Shown here one piece after another: positions 24,697 to 35,565 of a DNA stretch of 39,264 bases (within the stretch, counting starts at the first letter, position 1; each line of letters opens with the position of its first letter). Source of the stretch: a virus (taxonomy: Duplodnaviria > Caudoviricetes); the IMG/VR virus record IMGVR_UViG_3300048889_000043, positions 1 through 39,264 of that record; one strand, 5' to 3'. The notes under the pieces were generated by a model. It did not search any database. It was not told the origin of the DNA and was given only the letters and a program-made list of their open reading frames with translations. The translations under genes were made by a program, and so were the position numbers.

Positions 24697-25407
24697 ATGC
24701 AATATAGAAATGGAAAAATTATAAGCACAGCAGCGGCTTTTACGCTTAAACTAGGCTTTGTTCCAGATAAGATTATTCTTACTAATGATACGGTTCTTCA
24801 AGCTACTCCTAATTTAACTGGAGTTGGTATATCAACCTGGAACAAATATTTACCAAATGGATATGCAAACATTACCACTTATACAGCTGGTGTGCCTGCA
24901 ATATCCACAATAACAACTAATGGTGTTACGCCAGTTTCTCTTGGAGCTGACTACCAAAACACTATTTATACAATTACAGGAATCACTAACGCGGCTCCTG
25001 GCGTTGTTACAGTCTCAAACTTAACGCCTACAAACTCAATGACTCTAGTGAATGGCATGACTGTCACTATCTCTGGGGTTGTTGGAATGACAGGTGTTAA
25101 CACTAACCGCTTCATCGTGGCTCAGATCTCCGGCAACACGTTTATGCTTTACGACACGTTCGGTAATCCGTTCTCTACTGTAGGGCTTGGAACTTATGTA
25201 TCTGGTGGTCAATTGGATGTGATTTCGTATCCTCCAACAGCTCCGACTTTGGATCCTGTAACAGGTCAAGTGTTGATCCCTGGAAATCCAGCAGGTCTTC
25301 AACTAGACATTGGTTATGCAGGTGTAACTTTAGGAACAGGTGTTATGGGCTCTAATAATGACGTTATCTTCTGGGAAGCGTTCTTAATGACCCCGACAGG
25401 CTGGTAA
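24697..25407 (+). CDS. Virion structural/decoration protein with inserted E1-FCCH-like domain
   Basis: LGFVPDKIILTN; ITGITNAAPGVVTV...GMTVTISGVVGMTGVN...GTYVSGG. Confidence 0.65.
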   Translation: MQYRNGKIISTAAAFTLKLGFVPDKIILTNDTVLQATPNLTGVGISTWNKYLPNGYANITTYTAGVPAISTITTNGVTPVSLGADYQNTIYTITGITNAAPGVVTVSNLTPTNSMTLVNGMTVTISGVVGMTGVNTNRFIVAQISGNTFMLYDTFGNPFSTVGLGTYVSGGQLDVISYPPTAPTLDPVTGQVLIPGNPAGLQLDIGYAGVTLGTGVMGSNNDVIFWEAFLMTPTGW

Positions 25408-25413
25408 TAATCA

Positions 25414-25435
25414 GGGGATTGGTTCGCCAGTCCCC
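25414..25435 (+). terminator. UUCG hairpin after capsid genes
   Basis: GGGGATTGG-TTCG-CCAGTCCCC; no strong U tract. Confidence 0.55.
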
Positions 25436-25452
25436 ATAATCATAGGAAATAT

Positions 25453-25848
25453 ATGGTATTTAAAAAATACGAAAAAAAGATAGCTCCAGAAGAACTGCGA
25501 GAGAATTTTCTTACAGGCCCTGCGAACGAGCCCATAGAAAAAGCATTAGATGAACTTAAGGTAGGCAAGATTGTTCTTGATAAGGAGATGCCCAAGCTTG
25601 AGAAGATCATCTTTAGAAATCAGAGAGATCCTGGCTATCCGCTGGAGTTCCATTATTCAAGCAAGACACACACGTTCAAACAATACAAATTAATCGATGG
25701 CGAGGCATACACGCTTCCGCTTGAGGTTGTACGTAATCTAGAGCAGTGCCGCGAGAACATTGAAAAATATCGCCATAATTCTAAAGGCATTCCAGAGATT
25801 TACATTGCAGGATATAAGTCACACTTCGTTTGCGAGAGAGTAGCATAA
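25453..25848 (+). CDS. Hypothetical protein
   Basis: AGGA RBS; LIDGEAYTLPLEVVRNLE. Confidence 0.75.
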   Translation: MVFKKYEKKIAPEELRENFLTGPANEPIEKALDELKVGKIVLDKEMPKLEKIIFRNQRDPGYPLEFHYSSKTHTFKQYKLIDGEAYTLPLEVVRNLEQCRENIEKYRHNSKGIPEIYIAGYKSHFVCERVA

Positions 25849-26840
25849 TGACAATACCAAGCGGATGGAATTTAGGGCAGATTATGACAGAGGTGCGCTC
25901 CATAACTGGGCGCCCTATTGATCTTCTAAACCCAAGCAATAATTCGGGCATTTCAGATATTGATTTAGTAACCTGGATTAATCAGTACTATCAATTCGTG
26001 CTTACCAAAGAGCTAAAGATCTTTTGGGAGTACTCCTATTATTCGTTCTATACGCAAGCTGGCATCGATCATTACAAAGCACCGACTACATTCCAAACGC
26101 TTAATCCTACTGTAACTGCTGATGGTTGGCCGATCTGTTGGTACATAAGCCCTGATACTTTCTACCAAGACTGGCCGAATCAGGAAACAACCAAAATGGA
26201 CGTAGCAACAGGCGACGGAGTTACGAATAACTTCTCCTTCAGCCTTTCAGTATTTCCTATCATGCAAGCAAGCCTATACTTTACTGACGGCACTCAAGTT
26301 GCACAAAGCACTCCTGGTGGACGATTTTTCAATCCAGTCACGAATACAATTACACCTGGAACCGTGAACTACATTACAGGTGTTGTAACCGGGCTAGGCT
26401 TTACCAATCCACCAGCAGCTGGTACGCAGATTACAGCAACATTTAGAACATACCAAGCTAACCGTCCGCAAGGGATATTGTTTTACGACAACTTTCCATT
26501 GCTTAATTCAAGTCAAACAGCTGTCACTAACTCTAGCTTCTTCATAGTGCGTCCAGTTCCAGACCAAGTTTACCAGATTAAGTTTGAAGGCATACAAGTT
26601 CCTGCTGCTCTTGGGTATCCTTTAGTGGGCAGTACACCAGCCCCAGATCAAAAAACAGTACCTTTTAGGCAGGACTTAGGCCCGTTGATAGCACTTGGAA
26701 CTTCACTAACGATCTTCAGGAACTTCAACCAGATGGATCAATACGACCAGATCACAGGTGAATACGCGAGATACAAAGACATAGCTATGCAAGACACTTA
26801 TGAGCTTTATATTTATCAACGCTCAGTGCCTAAATTTTAG
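25848..26840 (+). CDS. Head-tail adaptor-like protein
   Basis: LGQIMTEVRSITGRP...WINQYY...RPQGILF...VRPVPDQVY; position in module. Confidence 0.6.
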   Translation: MTIPSGWNLGQIMTEVRSITGRPIDLLNPSNNSGISDIDLVTWINQYYQFVLTKELKIFWEYSYYSFYTQAGIDHYKAPTTFQTLNPTVTADGWPICWYISPDTFYQDWPNQETTKMDVATGDGVTNNFSFSLSVFPIMQASLYFTDGTQVAQSTPGGRFFNPVTNTITPGTVNYITGVVTGLGFTNPPAAGTQITATFRTYQANRPQGILFYDNFPLLNSSQTAVTNSSFFIVRPVPDQVYQIKFEGIQVPAALGYPLVGSTPAPDQKTVPFRQDLGPLIALGTSLTIFRNFNQMDQYDQITGEYARYKDIAMQDTYELYIYQRSVPKF

Positions 26841-26848
26841 GAGAAACA

Positions 26849-27454
26849 ATGACAGCATATACTTACACGCGGAACGTCCCTCAAGCAGCACAAACAATAG
26901 CGGCAACACAACCGATCATTAACAACAACTTTCAGTTCATGCAAGACTGGGCGCAATCAGACCATGCATTTATTGCAGCCAATAGTTCAAGCGATATCAA
27001 TGGCTGGCATAACAAGGTAACCTTCCCGAATACAAGTGCTCCTCCTGCTTTCGTTGGTGGAGTTGGAGCAATGTATACTGACACTAGAGATGCAGCAACT
27101 GTTTTAGCTTTTGTAAATTCAGGTGGATCTTTTGCAATGTTCGGGAGAAACCCTTCTGATATACAAAACGGCGAGTCTTCTCTGCCTGGCCCTATCTATG
27201 TAAAGTGGGGCATTACAAACGCGGTTACTAGGCAGGTTACCTTTACTACGCCTTTCCCAAACAATAGATTTGCTGTAATTGTTACTCCTATTCTTGATGG
27301 GCATAGCTTAAATTTAAGCGAGTCTACTTCTGTTTATGTCTCAACTAACGATTTACCACTTGCCGCAGTAGATCCAAAAGCTAAATTTTCATTTTCCGTG
27401 TACAAACCAGATCCTCTTTATTTTGGAATTTACTGGCTAGCAATAGGTAACTAA
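26849..27454 (+). CDS. Tail fibre-like protein
   Basis: C-terminal LPGPIYVKWG..VTFTTPFPN..YWLAIGN fibre-tip pattern. Confidence 0.7.
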   Translation: MTAYTYTRNVPQAAQTIAATQPIINNNFQFMQDWAQSDHAFIAANSSSDINGWHNKVTFPNTSAPPAFVGGVGAMYTDTRDAATVLAFVNSGGSFAMFGRNPSDIQNGESSLPGPIYVKWGITNAVTRQVTFTTPFPNNRFAVIVTPILDGHSLNLSESTSVYVSTNDLPLAAVDPKAKFSFSVYKPDPLYFGIYWLAIGN

Positions 27455-29799
27455 TGACAAGAGAATATCAAGGCTTTTCAATACAGAACTTCCGCAAGGG
27501 TTTCGATGAAGCAGTCGAGCCTTGGTTGCTTCCTGGAGACGCATTTCAGGTTGTGAAGAACGCTCATGTGTATAGAGGCGTTGTTGAAAAGATCCGCGGC
27601 TATTCTCTTCTTGCGAAGTTTACCCACAAAACAGTAACGCAATTAACAAGCACAACAATTGACGGAGCGCACAAAACCTTTACAGGAACATTAGCAAGCG
27701 TTCCGTTTACAGGAGCAACAACAGTCCGTGCAACCATAACCGCAGCAACAGGAATCGTAGAAACATTTACAGACAATGGCTCCGGCGTGCTAATAGGAAG
27801 CTTAGGTGGAACAGGAACAATCAACTATATTGCAAACTCTCCTGTGCTTGCTCAGCCAGCTGGATATATCACTGTTACTTTCAATTCAGCGCCTCAAGAC
27901 ATGACTGTTGCAGGAATTCAATACAACGCAGTGATGGTTACCTACGATTCAACCGCAGACGGCAACCCAATCATGGGAATTAAGCCTTATTATGCGCTAG
28001 ACGGCTCTGAAGAAGTTATTATTTTCGATACTAAAAGAGCAGGAAAAGTAGTGCCCTTAACAGGGACAATGCAGACTGTACAGCAGCTTAACTACGGCAT
28101 TACAGAGATTCCGCACGAGCAACAGTCCGCAGCAATCGTAACAGGCTTTAACAACACAGCAGGGCCTTTCACTGGCACTGTTACAGCACCCCTAGTTCCC
28201 GGCACAGTTCAGTTCTTAATCTTCAACAACGCAAGCCCTAAAGTTTTAGTCGGAACCATCACTGACAATGGAGCTGGACAGTTAGTAAGCATAGCAACAG
28301 ATACAACCCGGTTAAACCCAGCAGCAAGCAATTTCATTAACTACGCAACTGGACAGTGGACGATGACGTTTCTAGGAGGAGCGCCACCTAACTTTCCAAT
28401 AGGCTCCTACACAACAAACTTCAGCTCTTGCACATACGGAGCATACTTTACCGGAGACTTCACAAACTTCTTCACTGTGGCAAACTGGATGGGCTACATG
28501 TTCATCACTAACGCTATAGATCCTCCGCGATACTATGATGGAATGTGTGTAAAGTTTTTGAACACAAGCATTAACCCAGATCCCTTAGCTGTAGCGCCTT
28601 ACACATTAACCCGGGTCACGCATTTAGTTGTGTATAATAGTAGGTTAATGTTATTGGGAGCTTATTCTGACAACGTGCCAGCTTTAAGCACAGCATTCTG
28701 GTCTAAAGTTAATGAACCTCTTGATTTCACAAACAACGAATTTGAGCCTGCAACAACCTCTGAGCCGATTAAAGCTTTCTTTTTAATTACTGTTAACTTG
28801 GTGGTACGCTTTGCTAACTCTGAACGAATTCTTACATATACCGGAGATCCTTTTGATCCTTTTCGGTGGGACTCAACAAACAACCTCTGGAGATGCGATG
28901 CTCGTTATTCTGCTATTAATTATGATTCTTGGGGCAGTTCTGTTGGCTTGGCAGCAATTGTTGGATCCGACGGAGTAAATATCAAACGTGTAGACGAGAT
29001 TATTCCTGATTTTACACTTAATTTGCGCATAGATGAGCAACAGCCCATTCCATCAATAGATCAAGGAAGCATAGGACAATGTTATGGACAACGTTTTGAC
29101 GACTTTAAAGAAGGTTGGCTATGCTATAAGGACTATACCACAACTGATGATCAGGGAGGTCCATTGCCCTCTGATTCTGTTCTTTCTTTTAACTACATTG
29201 ACGGTACCTACGCTGTTTATACTTTTCCTTTTAGCGTTCTTGGCTTTGGGCGCATAACCAACACGGAAACTTGGGGAAATACATTTACGACCTGGCAAGA
29301 AACCTTTAGCGCTTGGGATTCGTACTCGCAAACTACCGGGGCTCTTATTGATTTAGGTGGAGATCAGAACGGAAGAATCTATGAGCTTGGCTTTGGCAAC
29401 TCAATTACAGATGAAGCTGGAAATATTATCCCTTGCTTGATGGAAGTTATCACAAAAGATTTCAATCCATTTGTTGAAGATGGAGAGCTTGTTCGATTCG
29501 GATATGTTGATTTTCTCGTAAGTTCTAATGACCAAACCACATTCAGAGTGCAGTTTTACAAGGACAATCAATTAACAGACAACTTTAGCACATATTATCA
29601 AGAAACTTCGCTGGTTCTGACCGGGGACACGCAGACTAAAGTTTGGAAGCGCATATATGTTGGTGCTGTGGGTAAATGCCACACGATGCGGATCTATCAA
29701 AATGCAGAAGACTTCACTGATGTTTTGCAGAATCAACCTATAAGGATTCATGCAATTGTCCCTTACTTTAAATCAGCTGGAAGGATATTCAACCCATGA
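27454..29799 (+). CDS. Tail tube/nozzle (P22 gp10 / T7 gp12-like) protein
   Basis: 781 aa beta-rich; EPWLLPGDAF, YNSRLML, AFWS; precedes ejection-like genes. Confidence 0.65.
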   Translation: MTREYQGFSIQNFRKGFDEAVEPWLLPGDAFQVVKNAHVYRGVVEKIRGYSLLAKFTHKTVTQLTSTTIDGAHKTFTGTLASVPFTGATTVRATITAATGIVETFTDNGSGVLIGSLGGTGTINYIANSPVLAQPAGYITVTFNSAPQDMTVAGIQYNAVMVTYDSTADGNPIMGIKPYYALDGSEEVIIFDTKRAGKVVPLTGTMQTVQQLNYGITEIPHEQQSAAIVTGFNNTAGPFTGTVTAPLVPGTVQFLIFNNASPKVLVGTITDNGAGQLVSIATDTTRLNPAASNFINYATGQWTMTFLGGAPPNFPIGSYTTNFSSCTYGAYFTGDFTNFFTVANWMGYMFITNAIDPPRYYDGMCVKFLNTSINPDPLAVAPYTLTRVTHLVVYNSRLMLLGAYSDNVPALSTAFWSKVNEPLDFTNNEFEPATTSEPIKAFFLITVNLVVRFANSERILTYTGDPFDPFRWDSTNNLWRCDARYSAINYDSWGSSVGLAAIVGSDGVNIKRVDEIIPDFTLNLRIDEQQPIPSIDQGSIGQCYGQRFDDFKEGWLCYKDYTTTDDQGGPLPSDSVLSFNYIDGTYAVYTFPFSVLGFGRITNTETWGNTFTTWQETFSAWDSYSQTTGALIDLGGDQNGRIYELGFGNSITDEAGNIIPCLMEVITKDFNPFVEDGELVRFGYVDFLVSSNDQTTFRVQFYKDNQLTDNFSTYYQETSLVLTGDTQTKVWKRIYVGAVGKCHTMRIYQNAEDFTDVLQNQPIRIHAIVPYFKSAGRIFNP

Positions 29800-30269
29800 G
29801 ATTACAACCTAACTTTAGCTGGCAGAAGTATGAAGGAGCTCCCGAAGATCAGAAGGAACAGTTTCAGTATCAGCTTCAGAATCAGCATGTTCAAGTCAGC
29901 AATTCAGTTAATAGCATCATAGACGACGATAGCTTTTGGACAGCAGAAAGAAGAGTTACATTTACATGGGTAGACAGATCTAAGCCGTTGTATACCAAGA
30001 GCTTAGCTACAGGACCGCTTCCGGTTGCAGGCTTTATTACAATTCCCACTGGCATTACCGGAGACTTTACAATCGTATACATGCAGTGCTGCGTAAGCGA
30101 TGGAACCGTAGCGGCAAGTAACACGCTGAATCTTCCGCATTTAGATGTAACAGCAGCGGCAAATAACGTCGGAATTGTGCGCAACGGTACAGACATAATC
30201 ATAAGCACTGGCGGCACAGATAGATCAGCTTATAGTGGATATGTAACTATTTATTATATTAAGAATTAG
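29796..30269 (+). CDS. Putative structural protein
   Basis: ATGA-coupled, beta-rich C-terminus. Confidence 0.6.
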   Translation: MRLQPNFSWQKYEGAPEDQKEQFQYQLQNQHVQVSNSVNSIIDDDSFWTAERRVTFTWVDRSKPLYTKSLATGPLPVAGFITIPTGITGDFTIVYMQCCVSDGTVAASNTLNLPHLDVTAAANNVGIVRNGTDIIISTGGTDRSAYSGYVTIYYIKN

Positions 30270-30278
30270 GAGAAATCA

Positions 30279-30941
30279 ATGACGTTTGCAGCAGCAGCAC
30301 CAATTATCGCTTCAGGGGTTAGTCTACTCGGTGGATTTTTGATGAATAAATTTGCTGGAGAAAAAAAGCCAAAAACAAAGCAGTTGCCTACAGATACTCC
30401 GGAGCAAAAAGAACTAAAGAAAGCAATTAGTCAAGGCCTACTCAAAGGCGAGGGGCCTCTTGCAGACATCTTTAAAGGCTATAGCCCTGAAGAGTTTGAA
30501 GAAGGCGTTAGAAAACCTGCAATGAAACGCTATGAAGAAGAAGTGCTTCCCGGAATTCTAGAGAAATATGCAAGAAACAATCGTGGCTTCGGTTCAGCAA
30601 AATTAAATGCAGAAATGAAAGGGCGTAGAAATCTTGAGTCAGATCTAGCGGAACGTGAGTATCAAGCAAAACAAGGGGCTAACCAGTCGCGCGCTAACAG
30701 CGTCCTTTCTGCGCTAGGAATCGGAGTTGGCTCTAAAGGCTTTGAAAATCTTCACACTACAGGCTATCCAAGCGCTGCAAGCAATTACGCCTCTGGAGCA
30801 GCTCAAGGATTCGGAGAAGGTGTTTCTAAATTCATTCAAGATTTAGCAAATCAAAAGTCTGAAACTGGAAACCAACCTGGCTATGGCTACGAAACCAGCG
30901 TGAATGCAGCTAATCAAGTTGCTGTTGGAGGAACTAAGTAA
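30279..30941 (+). CDS. Putative ejection/pilot protein
   Basis: Hydrophobic N-terminus AAAAPIIASGVSLLGG; Gly/Ala/Gln-rich. Confidence 0.55.
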   Translation: MTFAAAAPIIASGVSLLGGFLMNKFAGEKKPKTKQLPTDTPEQKELKKAISQGLLKGEGPLADIFKGYSPEEFEEGVRKPAMKRYEEEVLPGILEKYARNNRGFGSAKLNAEMKGRRNLESDLAEREYQAKQGANQSRANSVLSALGIGVGSKGFENLHTTGYPSAASNYASGAAQGFGEGVSKFIQDLANQKSETGNQPGYGYETSVNAANQVAVGGTK

Positions 30942-32065
30942 TGGTTACAGTTATACAAGAACAAAATCCATACGCGCAAGCAGCTGAGAGGTTTGGCAAA
31001 GGCCTCTCTCAAGGATACATCAACCGCTCAGATGAAATGGCTCTGAAGAATGCTGTTGAAAAGCTTGGCCCTGATGCTAAACCTAAAGACGTGCTGAATG
31101 CTCTGGTTGGGACTAGCACTTACGGAAAAGAAGCTAAGCAAGAAGCCCTTAAGAACTACATGGGCGTTCAGGAGTTTGAAGCTAACCAAAAGAAAGCAGA
31201 AGCACAAGACCGAAAGACGCTAGCGAAAGAAACAGAAAACAGACTAAAGCAAGACGAACTAAAGTATAATAAGCAAGTTCGTATAGAAGATAAAAAAGAA
31301 AAAGAGATACAAAAAGAGAAAAAAGAATTAGACAAAATAGATTTACAGAAAAAAGAATATGATTTTAAAGAAAAAAAACTTAATGAAGAAATTAGGCATC
31401 ACCAAGCTTTAGAAACTGTAGCAGGAGCCAAGAATAAGCCTGAAAGCGCATTTGAAAAGAAAATGGCAGCTAAAAATGCAGAAGAATTAAGCAAGTTAGA
31501 TCAAGAAATTCCAAGGTCTATATCCACTGCTGAAACATTACAATATTTGAGTGATGAAATAGATAATGAAGGGATTCCAGGATTTATCGGTGGATTGGTT
31601 GGTACTGAAAAAGGAACAGAGATTCAATCGCTTGGATTTACTGTAATTGAGCCTATATTCAAGCTGCTTAATCCTGGTGGTGGCCCTCTTGCTCAATATA
31701 AAGTTAAGGAAGCGCAAAACAAATTCGCTGTCAAAGCTACTGATTATACGTGGCAAAAAAGAGCTAAAATCAAAGCTCTTCAGCTTTTTAACAACCAGCT
31801 TCAGTCTAGAATGATTGCTCGTAAATTAGCTATTGAATCAGCAAACGGCCTTCTTTCAGAAAAACAATCACAGCAATTTGATAGAGAAGACGAACAATTG
31901 TCTGACGCCTTTCTTGATTATGACATTGCAATTGAGGCTGTTCCCGAGGTTGAAATTGCTGCTGCTGGTCTTCCTCCCGCTAATACAAAGAAAAATAAAG
32001 CCTTAATAGACCCGGCTACTAAAATAAGATATGAAAGCGATGGAGTGAGGTGGATAAAAAAATGA
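30941..32065 (+). CDS. Putative ejection protein
   Basis: Helical K/E coiled coil; EEIRHHQALE; position. Confidence 0.55.
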   Translation: MVTVIQEQNPYAQAAERFGKGLSQGYINRSDEMALKNAVEKLGPDAKPKDVLNALVGTSTYGKEAKQEALKNYMGVQEFEANQKKAEAQDRKTLAKETENRLKQDELKYNKQVRIEDKKEKEIQKEKKELDKIDLQKKEYDFKEKKLNEEIRHHQALETVAGAKNKPESAFEKKMAAKNAEELSKLDQEIPRSISTAETLQYLSDEIDNEGIPGFIGGLVGTEKGTEIQSLGFTVIEPIFKLLNPGGGPLAQYKVKEAQNKFAVKATDYTWQKRAKIKALQLFNNQLQSRMIARKLAIESANGLLSEKQSQQFDREDEQLSDAFLDYDIAIEAVPEVEIAAAGLPPANTKKNKALIDPATKIRYESDGVRWIKK

Positions 32066-34749
32066 GCACACCACAATGGATTGAAGAAGATATAATTCAA
32101 GAGCCTAAAGTCAAACAGTCTGGCAAATGGATTGAAGAAGACTTGCCAAGCTCTCCGGTTGAAAGAGATCATGCCAAAATCAAAGAAAAATACGGCGAGA
32201 TGATTGCTAATGAAGTGGCAACCTCTATACCTAAAGAGGAGTTTGACAAACTTGGATTTCACGAGAAAGCGGCATACCTAAAAGAAAAGCAAGAAGCTCA
32301 GAACATCATGGCTCATGGCGAGTTTGGTAAAGCAGCACTTTCTGGGCTTACATTTGGCGCTACAAAAAATATAGAAGCACTTAAGCCTTTAGAGGTTGAA
32401 GAACTTAATCATGTCAATGCAATACAGGCTGCTGGAGAGATTGCAGGCTCGGCATATCCGCTTCATAAACTCATCAACATCTTTAAAGGCCCTGTAACAA
32501 AGATGATAGGGACTAGTAATGTTCTCCAACGTCAGGCTGGTTCTCTAGCTACAATGTTCGCAGCAGGAGCCGCAACAAAAGGACTAGAAACAGTTGCCAA
32601 AGGTGAAATTCCAAGCCCTACCGAGCTGCTAGAACATGGTGGTGAATGGGCATTATTAGACGCTGCATTACAAACCCTAGGACTCATTGGACGATTTGGC
32701 AAAGCTCTAGTAACTAAGGCTGAAACAACAGGCCTTAACAGAAAGGAATTGATCAACCTTACAAAAGCAGGACTAGCTGAAGCAGGAGTCCCATTAACGG
32801 ATGTGCAGAGAGCTTCAGTTGCCGCTTTAGAAATCTTAGAAGGAATCCCTGATGATGCAGCAAGAGCAGCAGCTACGCGCTTAGCTGGACAGGCATCAGA
32901 AAAAGCAGCTATTAGTGAATTAGCTGAACAAACGCTTAAGCAATATGAAGTTACACCTAAAGATCTAGGTACAAAAAAGGTTACTAATCAATCATTTGAG
33001 CGTTTAGAAAAGCTTGCTCCTGCTGAAGCTAAAGTTTATCAGCCTGGCGAAATAGATATCAGGAAAAGTTCTAAGTCATTTTTCTCTCGAATGATAGACG
33101 CTAGGATTGAAGCTCAATCACCACGAGCTTCATCGGCCGCGGAATTAGGAGAGACAATCAAATCAGATATTGAAACGCAAAAGAAAGTTCTTCAAGAAGA
33201 ATATGCCCCTTTGTATCAAAAAGCAGAAGCAGCAGCAACAAAAATATTAACAAAACCAAAAAATACTATTAATCAAAGTAAAAGTATAATTGATAAAATT
33301 GATTCTTTATTTACGGAATACCCTGGAGCTCAAGAGGTTAGAGCAAAGCTAGTAAACGTTCTAAGAGATGCTGGCTACACGACTATTAAGGGCGTAAAAG
33401 GTTTTGCTATAGAACAGGAAGTCCAAGTTAGTAAGCTAATAGATGTTAAGAAAATACTAAACAAAACAATAAACTTTGAAAGCATAGAGCCGCATATTAA
33501 AGACGAATTGAAAAAGATTGTGGGGACATTGAACCAAGATATTCGTATAGGCTTAGCAAAAAATCCAGAAGCTCTTGCAGCATTTGAACTCGCTGAAGAA
33601 GCGCATGCAAACATGGCTAAGAAATATGGAAAAGTCTCTAAAATCAGAACTGAAAAAAAGCCCGAAAAGATAACTAAAGCTCTTAACGAACCTTCTGTTG
33701 TGGCTGACCTCAAGGAAACAATGTCACCTAAGCAATTTGCAAAGGTTGAGCGTGAAATCCTTGAAGGACTAAAAGAAAAAGAATATGAAGCCGCAAAAAA
33801 GCAATATAGAGAAATCGGCAAAAATCTCTCAAAAGAAAATCAAAAGCTAGCTAAAGAAATCATTGAAAGCAAGAACCCTCATAACCCTGAAGCTCGCAAA
33901 GGACTGATTAAAGAAGCAATTACAGATGATGTTAGCTATGCCCTAACTAAAGGAACACGACCGGAAAAGACATTAGATCTATGGAAAACTACTAAAGGCC
34001 AAAAGCTTGTGCGTGATGCTTTTGAAGGCTCGCCCAACAAGAAAGAAGTACTTAAGTATCTTGAGAATCAAAGCTTTGCAGATATGGTTGAATCTGTGTC
34101 CAAAGATGGAACTCTAGACCTTAAAAAGCTTGAAACCTTCATAAAAGATCCTGCAACACGAGCTAATATTGAGAGCATGGGAGGCAAAGACGCAGTACAC
34201 TTCTTCGAATACATGGAAGCAAAAGTCAATAATCTAAAGGAAACTGCTGAAACTCTTCTAAAACTTCCTACAGCTAAAGCGACACAGAAAGGCAAAGACA
34301 TACTCAATAAAGCCACAGAACACGCAAAGAAAAAGTCTAAGGAATATAAAGTCGGACAAGAGAGGCTTAAGCCCAAGACAACAGCAGAAGAAAGAGCTGC
34401 ACATAAAGAGCTTACTGAAGGACAGATAGAGCGCGGAAAGAAAATTCTAGAAAATATGGCCAAAAAGGATTATCCAGTTCAGGCAAAGATTAATGAATGG
34501 AATGATTATGTGAAAGAGATGTTAGGTTTTGCTTCTAAAGGGACTTTGACAATTATTGGAATTTCTAAGCTTGGGGCAGTTCTCGGCATCGGTTCTACTG
34601 TAGCATCAGTCCTTGGATTCAGAGTCATGAAAAATTTCGTGACAAATCCACATGTTCGTCGCTCATTCAACAAAGCTTCTCAAAAAGGCATCGATCCATT
34701 TTCCTTCCTGCTTTTATGGAATGAATTCTCTGACGAAGCAATCAAATAG
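32062..34749 (+). CDS. Large putative ejection protein
   Basis: ~895 aa helical; ALSGLTFG; ATGA-coupled start at 32062. Confidence 0.55.
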   Translation: MSTPQWIEEDIIQEPKVKQSGKWIEEDLPSSPVERDHAKIKEKYGEMIANEVATSIPKEEFDKLGFHEKAAYLKEKQEAQNIMAHGEFGKAALSGLTFGATKNIEALKPLEVEELNHVNAIQAAGEIAGSAYPLHKLINIFKGPVTKMIGTSNVLQRQAGSLATMFAAGAATKGLETVAKGEIPSPTELLEHGGEWALLDAALQTLGLIGRFGKALVTKAETTGLNRKELINLTKAGLAEAGVPLTDVQRASVAALEILEGIPDDAARAAATRLAGQASEKAAISELAEQTLKQYEVTPKDLGTKKVTNQSFERLEKLAPAEAKVYQPGEIDIRKSSKSFFSRMIDARIEAQSPRASSAAELGETIKSDIETQKKVLQEEYAPLYQKAEAAATKILTKPKNTINQSKSIIDKIDSLFTEYPGAQEVRAKLVNVLRDAGYTTIKGVKGFAIEQEVQVSKLIDVKKILNKTINFESIEPHIKDELKKIVGTLNQDIRIGLAKNPEALAAFELAEEAHANMAKKYGKVSKIRTEKKPEKITKALNEPSVVADLKETMSPKQFAKVEREILEGLKEKEYEAAKKQYREIGKNLSKENQKLAKEIIESKNPHNPEARKGLIKEAITDDVSYALTKGTRPEKTLDLWKTTKGQKLVRDAFEGSPNKKEVLKYLENQSFADMVESVSKDGTLDLKKLETFIKDPATRANIESMGGKDAVHFFEYMEAKVNNLKETAETLLKLPTAKATQKGKDILNKATEHAKKKSKEYKVGQERLKPKTTAEERAAHKELTEGQIERGKKILENMAKKDYPVQAKINEWNDYVKEMLGFASKGTLTIIGISKLGAVLGIGSTVASVLGFRVMKNFVTNPHVRRSFNKASQKGIDPFSFLLLWNEFSDEAIK

Positions 34750-34821
34750 TTATAAAGAATATTAGAGACAATAAAATTTTTTTGTGTTAAGTGTAAAGAA
34801 ATAATTTGAAAAGGAGACACC

Positions 34822-35565
34822 ATGGGACTATTCACGAACCCTGTAGGATATGCAGGCTACCCACCGAACGCAACAGCGCCATCACAACGCGTTAACTCAA
34901 CCGTACGTGCAGCTACACTCGCAGAAGCACAAGCCGGAGTACGCACAGATTGCTACATTTCTCCTGGCACAGCAGCTGCTTCAACCTCAGCAGGAGCTTT
35001 TACAACACTTACTTCTAGCGGCAATACAACCCTTGGGACTACAGGCGCGTCAATCAATACACTAGGCAGCACAAACGTTGGTTCAACAACTGCAATCAAG
35101 GCTGGCGTTTCCACTATTACGCTAACAACTACAGGTGGAAACTATCCCGGTAAGTTGGCAAGCACACCACCAGCCGCTGGATTCCTAGGTGAGCAAATCC
35201 GTCAAACAAAAGCTAAAGGCGCCGCTGTAGCGCTTACAAGCACAGTTACATCAAACATTACTTCTGTCTCTTTAACGACAGGTATTTGGGACGTTTCCGG
35301 TATCTGCGCTATGACAGGTGGAGCGATCACAGGCACAATCTTTGAAGCTGCGATTTCTACAACCTCAGCAACGCTTGGAACGATTGGGGATGACGACGTA
35401 CAGACACCTACAATGGCAACTGCTACAAGCGATTCAACATTAACAGTTCCATCTTTGCGTATTTCTCTAGCTGCAACAACTACAGTGTATCTTGTTGCTA
35501 ATGCTACATATACTGTTGGGGCTGCTACTGCATACGGAAGGCTTTCAGCAACAAGGGTAGCATAA
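34822..35565 (+). CDS. Thr/Ala-rich virion fibre/spike protein
   Basis: AAGGAG RBS; RAATLAEAQAG...ISP; SVSLTTGIWDVSG. Confidence 0.65.
   Translation: MGLFTNPVGYAGYPPNATAPSQRVNSTVRAATLAEAQAGVRTDCYISPGTAAASTSAGAFTTLTSSGNTTLGTTGASINTLGSTNVGSTTAIKAGVSTITLTTTGGNYPGKLASTPPAAGFLGEQIRQTKAKGAAVALTSTVTSNITSVSLTTGIWDVSGICAMTGGAITGTIFEAAISTTSATLGTIGDDDVQTPTMATATSDSTLTVPSLRISLAATTTVYLVANATYTVGAATAYGRLSATRVA

Noticed and set aside
24960-25215. Phage ubiquitin E1 to pair with the U-box protein
   Set aside because: Only an FCCH-like beta domain inside a structural protein; no adenylation domain.
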